Under the pieces are notes generated by a model. It searched no databases. It had not been told where the DNA came from and was given only the letters and a program-made list of their open reading frames with translations. Positions 14,826 to 17,366 of a DNA stretch of 17,366 nucleotides are shown here, piece by piece (the stretch's first letter is position 1; each line of letters opens with the position of its first letter). The stretch comes from Capsulimonadales bacterium. Lineage in GTDB: Bacteria; Armatimonadota; Armatimonadia; Armatimonadales; Armatimonadaceae. The stretch is from the NCBI GenBank assembly GCA_033762295.1, contig JANRLW010000042.1, positions 1 to 17,366 of the forward strand, read 5' to 3'. Made by a program: the position numbers and the translations under genes.

Positions 14826-15704
14826 ATGGCGGAATATGTTTATATCAACGGTGAGTTTGTCCCGAAAGCGGAGGCGAAAGTCTCTTTTTTCGACCACGGC
14901 TATCTCTACGGGGACGGCGTCTTCGAGGGAATCCGGGTTTACAACGGACGTATCTTCCGGTTGGAACCGCATGTCGAGCGTCTGCTGTATTCGACGCATG
15001 CCCTGGGCTTTCCGAAAGGCGACCTGACCCTGGCGTCGGTCAACGAGGCGATTCTGGAAACCTGCCGCCGCAGCGATCATTACAACGGTTATATCCGGGT
15101 CAATATCTCGCGGGGGACCGGCCTCGGACTGGACCCTTCGCATATCGAACAGATACCGAGCTTTACGATCGCGACGAATCAGTTGCGGCTGTACCGCGCC
15201 GATCTGTACGAGACGGGGCTGACCATGATCACCTGCGCGATGCGCGTCGCACCGCCGGACGTGATCGATCCGCGTATCAAATGTACGGGGAAGTACGTCA
15301 ATAATATCCTTGCCAAGATGGAAGCGAACCGGGTCGGGGCAGGGGAGGGGCTGATGCTCAACCAGCAGGGGTATGTGGCGGAGGCGACCGGGGATAACAT
15401 TTTCGTCGTTCGAGACGGGGTGATCTACACGCCGCCGCCGTCCGCGGGCTGCCTGAAAGGGATCACCCGGCAGGTCGCCTGGGAACTGGCCGAACGGATG
15501 AATCTTCCGGTTCGTGAGGATAACCTGACGCTGTATGACGTTTACAATGCCGACGAATGCTTCCTGACCGGGACGGGAGCGGAGATTATCCCGGCGATCT
15601 CGCTCGATGACCGGCCGATCGGCGGAGGAAAACCGGGCAGTATCACCCGTCGCCTGATTGCCGCGTTCCGTGACCTGACCGGCTCCACCGGCACCCCGCT
15701 CTAG
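14826..15704 (+). CDS. ilvE: Branched-chain amino acid aminotransferase (PLP fold type IV), 292 aa
   Basis: Start moved to ATG 14826 (GAAAGGG upstream). YINGEFVP, FDHGYLYGDGVFEGIRVY, H..RL..S, YIR, DPRIK (PLP Lys), E.TGDNIF, L.GITR and ADECFLTGT.AE. Confidence 0.93.
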   Translation: MAEYVYINGEFVPKAEAKVSFFDHGYLYGDGVFEGIRVYNGRIFRLEPHVERLLYSTHALGFPKGDLTLASVNEAILETCRRSDHYNGYIRVNISRGTGLGLDPSHIEQIPSFTIATNQLRLYRADLYETGLTMITCAMRVAPPDVIDPRIKCTGKYVNNILAKMEANRVGAGEGLMLNQQGYVAEATGDNIFVVRDGVIYTPPPSAGCLKGITRQVAWELAERMNLPVREDNLTLYDVYNADECFLTGTGAEIIPAISLDDRPIGGGKPGSITRRLIAAFRDLTGSTGTPL

Positions 15705-15884
15705 TTCCGTCGGAGAGTTCCCTCACCGGCCGCCGCAGCGACCTGTCCCCCGCGAAGCCCGGACGGTGGATTCCCGCCGGGTTCCCGCCGGTGGAACGGG
15801 TACCATATCGAAAATGCGGCAGGGAACGGTTCGCCGTTTGTCCAATAGTCACGTCGCACAAAACGCAACGAAAGGCATCTTTTC

Positions 15885-17333
15885 ATGTCCGCACCACGCA
15901 TCGGTCTGACCGGGCTTGCCGTCATGGGTCAGAATCTCGCGCGAAACATCGCCCGCAACGGCTTCCCGATCGCCGTCCATAACCGTACCACCGAGAAGAC
16001 GCTGGAATTCGTCCGGGAGTACGGTCACGAAGGGACTTTCGTCCCCGGCACGACCGATGAGGAGTTTGTCGCCGCCATCGCCCCGCCGCGCGCGATCATT
16101 ATCATGGTCAAGGCGGGGAAACCGGTGGATGATGTGATCGGAAAGTTGAAGCCGTTCCTGGCCAAGGGCGATTTGCTGATCGACGGCGGCAACTCGCACT
16201 ACTCCGACACGCAGCGGCGGATCGACGAACTGGCCGCCGAGGGACTGAACTTCCTCGGAACCGGCGTCTCCGGCGGGGAGGAGGGGGCGCTCAACGGACC
16301 GTCCATCATGCCCGGCGGGCCGCGCCAGGGGTACGACTACATTTCGGACATCCTGACGAAGATCGCCGCGCAGGTCGATGGCGAACCCTGCTGTACCTAC
16401 ATCGGCGAGGGCGGGTCCGGCCATTACGTCAAGATGGTCCACAACGGCATCGAATACGCCGACATGCAGTTGATTGCCGAGGCGTACGACCTGCTGAAGA
16501 ACGCGGTCGGGCTGTCCAACGACGAAATCGCCGATGTCTTCGCCGAATGGAACGCGGGCGACCTGGACTCGTTCCTGATCCAGATCACCGAACAGATCTT
16601 CCGGACGAAGGACGCGGAGACGGGCGAAGGCTATCTGGTGGACAAAGTCCTGGACCGGGCGCAGCAGAAAGGGACCGGGAAGTGGGTCTCGCAGTCGGCG
16701 CTCGATCTGGGGTCGCCGGTGACCGCCATTACCGAGGCGGTTTTTGCCCGCTTCCTTTCGGCGTTGAAGGAGCAGCGGGTGGCGGCGTCCGCTCTGCTCT
16801 CCGGACCGTCGGGGAGGTACTCGGGCGACCGGAAGGCGTTTATCGACGCGGTTCGGGATGCGCTGTACGCCTCGAAGATCGTCGCTTACGCCCAGGGGTT
16901 CGACCAGATGGGTCTGGCGGCAAAAGAGTTTGGCTGGAACCTGCACTACGGCGAACTGGCGACGATCTGGCGCGGCGGCTGTATCATCCGCGCGCGATTC
17001 CTGAACCGGATCAAGGAGGCGTACGACCTGCAGCCGGACCTGGCGAACCTGATGCTCGCTCCCTACTTCAACGACGCGTTGAAAGGGGTGCAGGAGTCCT
17101 GGCGTCACGTCATTCGGGAGGCGGTGTTGCTCGGGGTGCCTGTCCCGGCGTTTACCTCCTCGCTGGCCTATTACGATGGCTACCGTCGCGCCGATCTGCC
17201 GGCGAACCTGATTCAGGCGCAGCGCGACCTGTTCGGGGCGCATACGTATGAACGAACGGACCGTCCGGGCACGTTCCATTCGATGTGGGGACCGGGGGAC
17301 GGCGACCCGCACCCGATGAAACCGAAGGAGTAG
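15885..17333 (+). CDS. gndA: 6-phosphogluconate dehydrogenase, NADP-dependent, decarboxylating, 482 aa
   Basis: [15 protein letters not shown] (NADP specificity), [47 protein letters not shown] and [21 protein letters not shown] upstream. Confidence 0.98.
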   Translation: MSAPRIGLTGLAVMGQNLARNIARNGFPIAVHNRTTEKTLEFVREYGHEGTFVPGTTDEEFVAAIAPPRAIIIMVKAGKPVDDVIGKLKPFLAKGDLLIDGGNSHYSDTQRRIDELAAEGLNFLGTGVSGGEEGALNGPSIMPGGPRQGYDYISDILTKIAAQVDGEPCCTYIGEGGSGHYVKMVHNGIEYADMQLIAEAYDLLKNAVGLSNDEIADVFAEWNAGDLDSFLIQITEQIFRTKDAETGEGYLVDKVLDRAQQKGTGKWVSQSALDLGSPVTAITEAVFARFLSALKEQRVAASALLSGPSGRYSGDRKAFIDAVRDALYASKIVAYAQGFDQMGLAAKEFGWNLHYGELATIWRGGCIIRARFLNRIKEAYDLQPDLANLMLAPYFNDALKGVQESWRHVIREAVLLGVPVPAFTSSLAYYDGYRRADLPANLIQAQRDLFGAHTYERTDRPGTFHSMWGPGDGDPHPMKPKE

Positions 17334-17366
17334 AACGCCTGCGGAAATAGCAAAAGAAGACGGGAG

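Noticed and set aside
15771..15791. TTCCCGCCGG direct repeat between ilvE and gndA
   Set aside because: Only two short GC-rich copies, with no terminator U tract and no relation to the GTGAC motif. There is not enough support for a function.
271..17312. Long antisense ORFs (271-1410, 1365-2513, 2571-4547, 4548-6107, 6185-7513, 8138-9970, 10034-11017, 13092-14141, 15849-17312)
   Set aside because: Each mirrors a well-supported + strand gene. Such open antisense frames are expected in high-GC coding DNA, and none has family motifs.

Overview
GC-rich bacterial DNA with 12 credible protein-coding genes and no rRNA, tRNA, CRISPR array or transposase. The gene repertoire would fit Armatimonadota or a PVC-like lineage, but that is inference only. 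In order: (i) a partial DUF2278/YukJ-like gene on the - strand, missed by the ORF track; (ii) a Gfo/Idh/MocA dehydrogenase resembling D-apiose dehydrogenase, then a class-I xylose-isomerase homologue with an altered metal-ligand set, then an intrinsic terminator; (iii) a 13-TM MFS-like/spermidine-synthase-like fusion and an OmpR-family two-component pair; (iv) a ~6.7 kb module (7500-14225); (v) a pseudopilin/DUF1559-like gene, ilvE and gndA. The module in (iv) is the most interesting part. It encodes two different STAND-type (AAA_35-like) NTPases: a putative membrane receptor (NTPase-TM-coiled coil-WD40 propellers) and a putative transcriptional effector (SARP-like wHTH, truncated BTAD, NTPase, no sensor domain). 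They flank an oppositely oriented membrane-anchored tandem PepSY-like gene, and both NTPase genes are preceded by phased (T/C)GTGAC direct repeats. My main hypothesis is a paired sensor/executor NLR-like transmembrane signalling system with an autoregulated operator. Family assignments come from motif recognition by eye, not from database searches.
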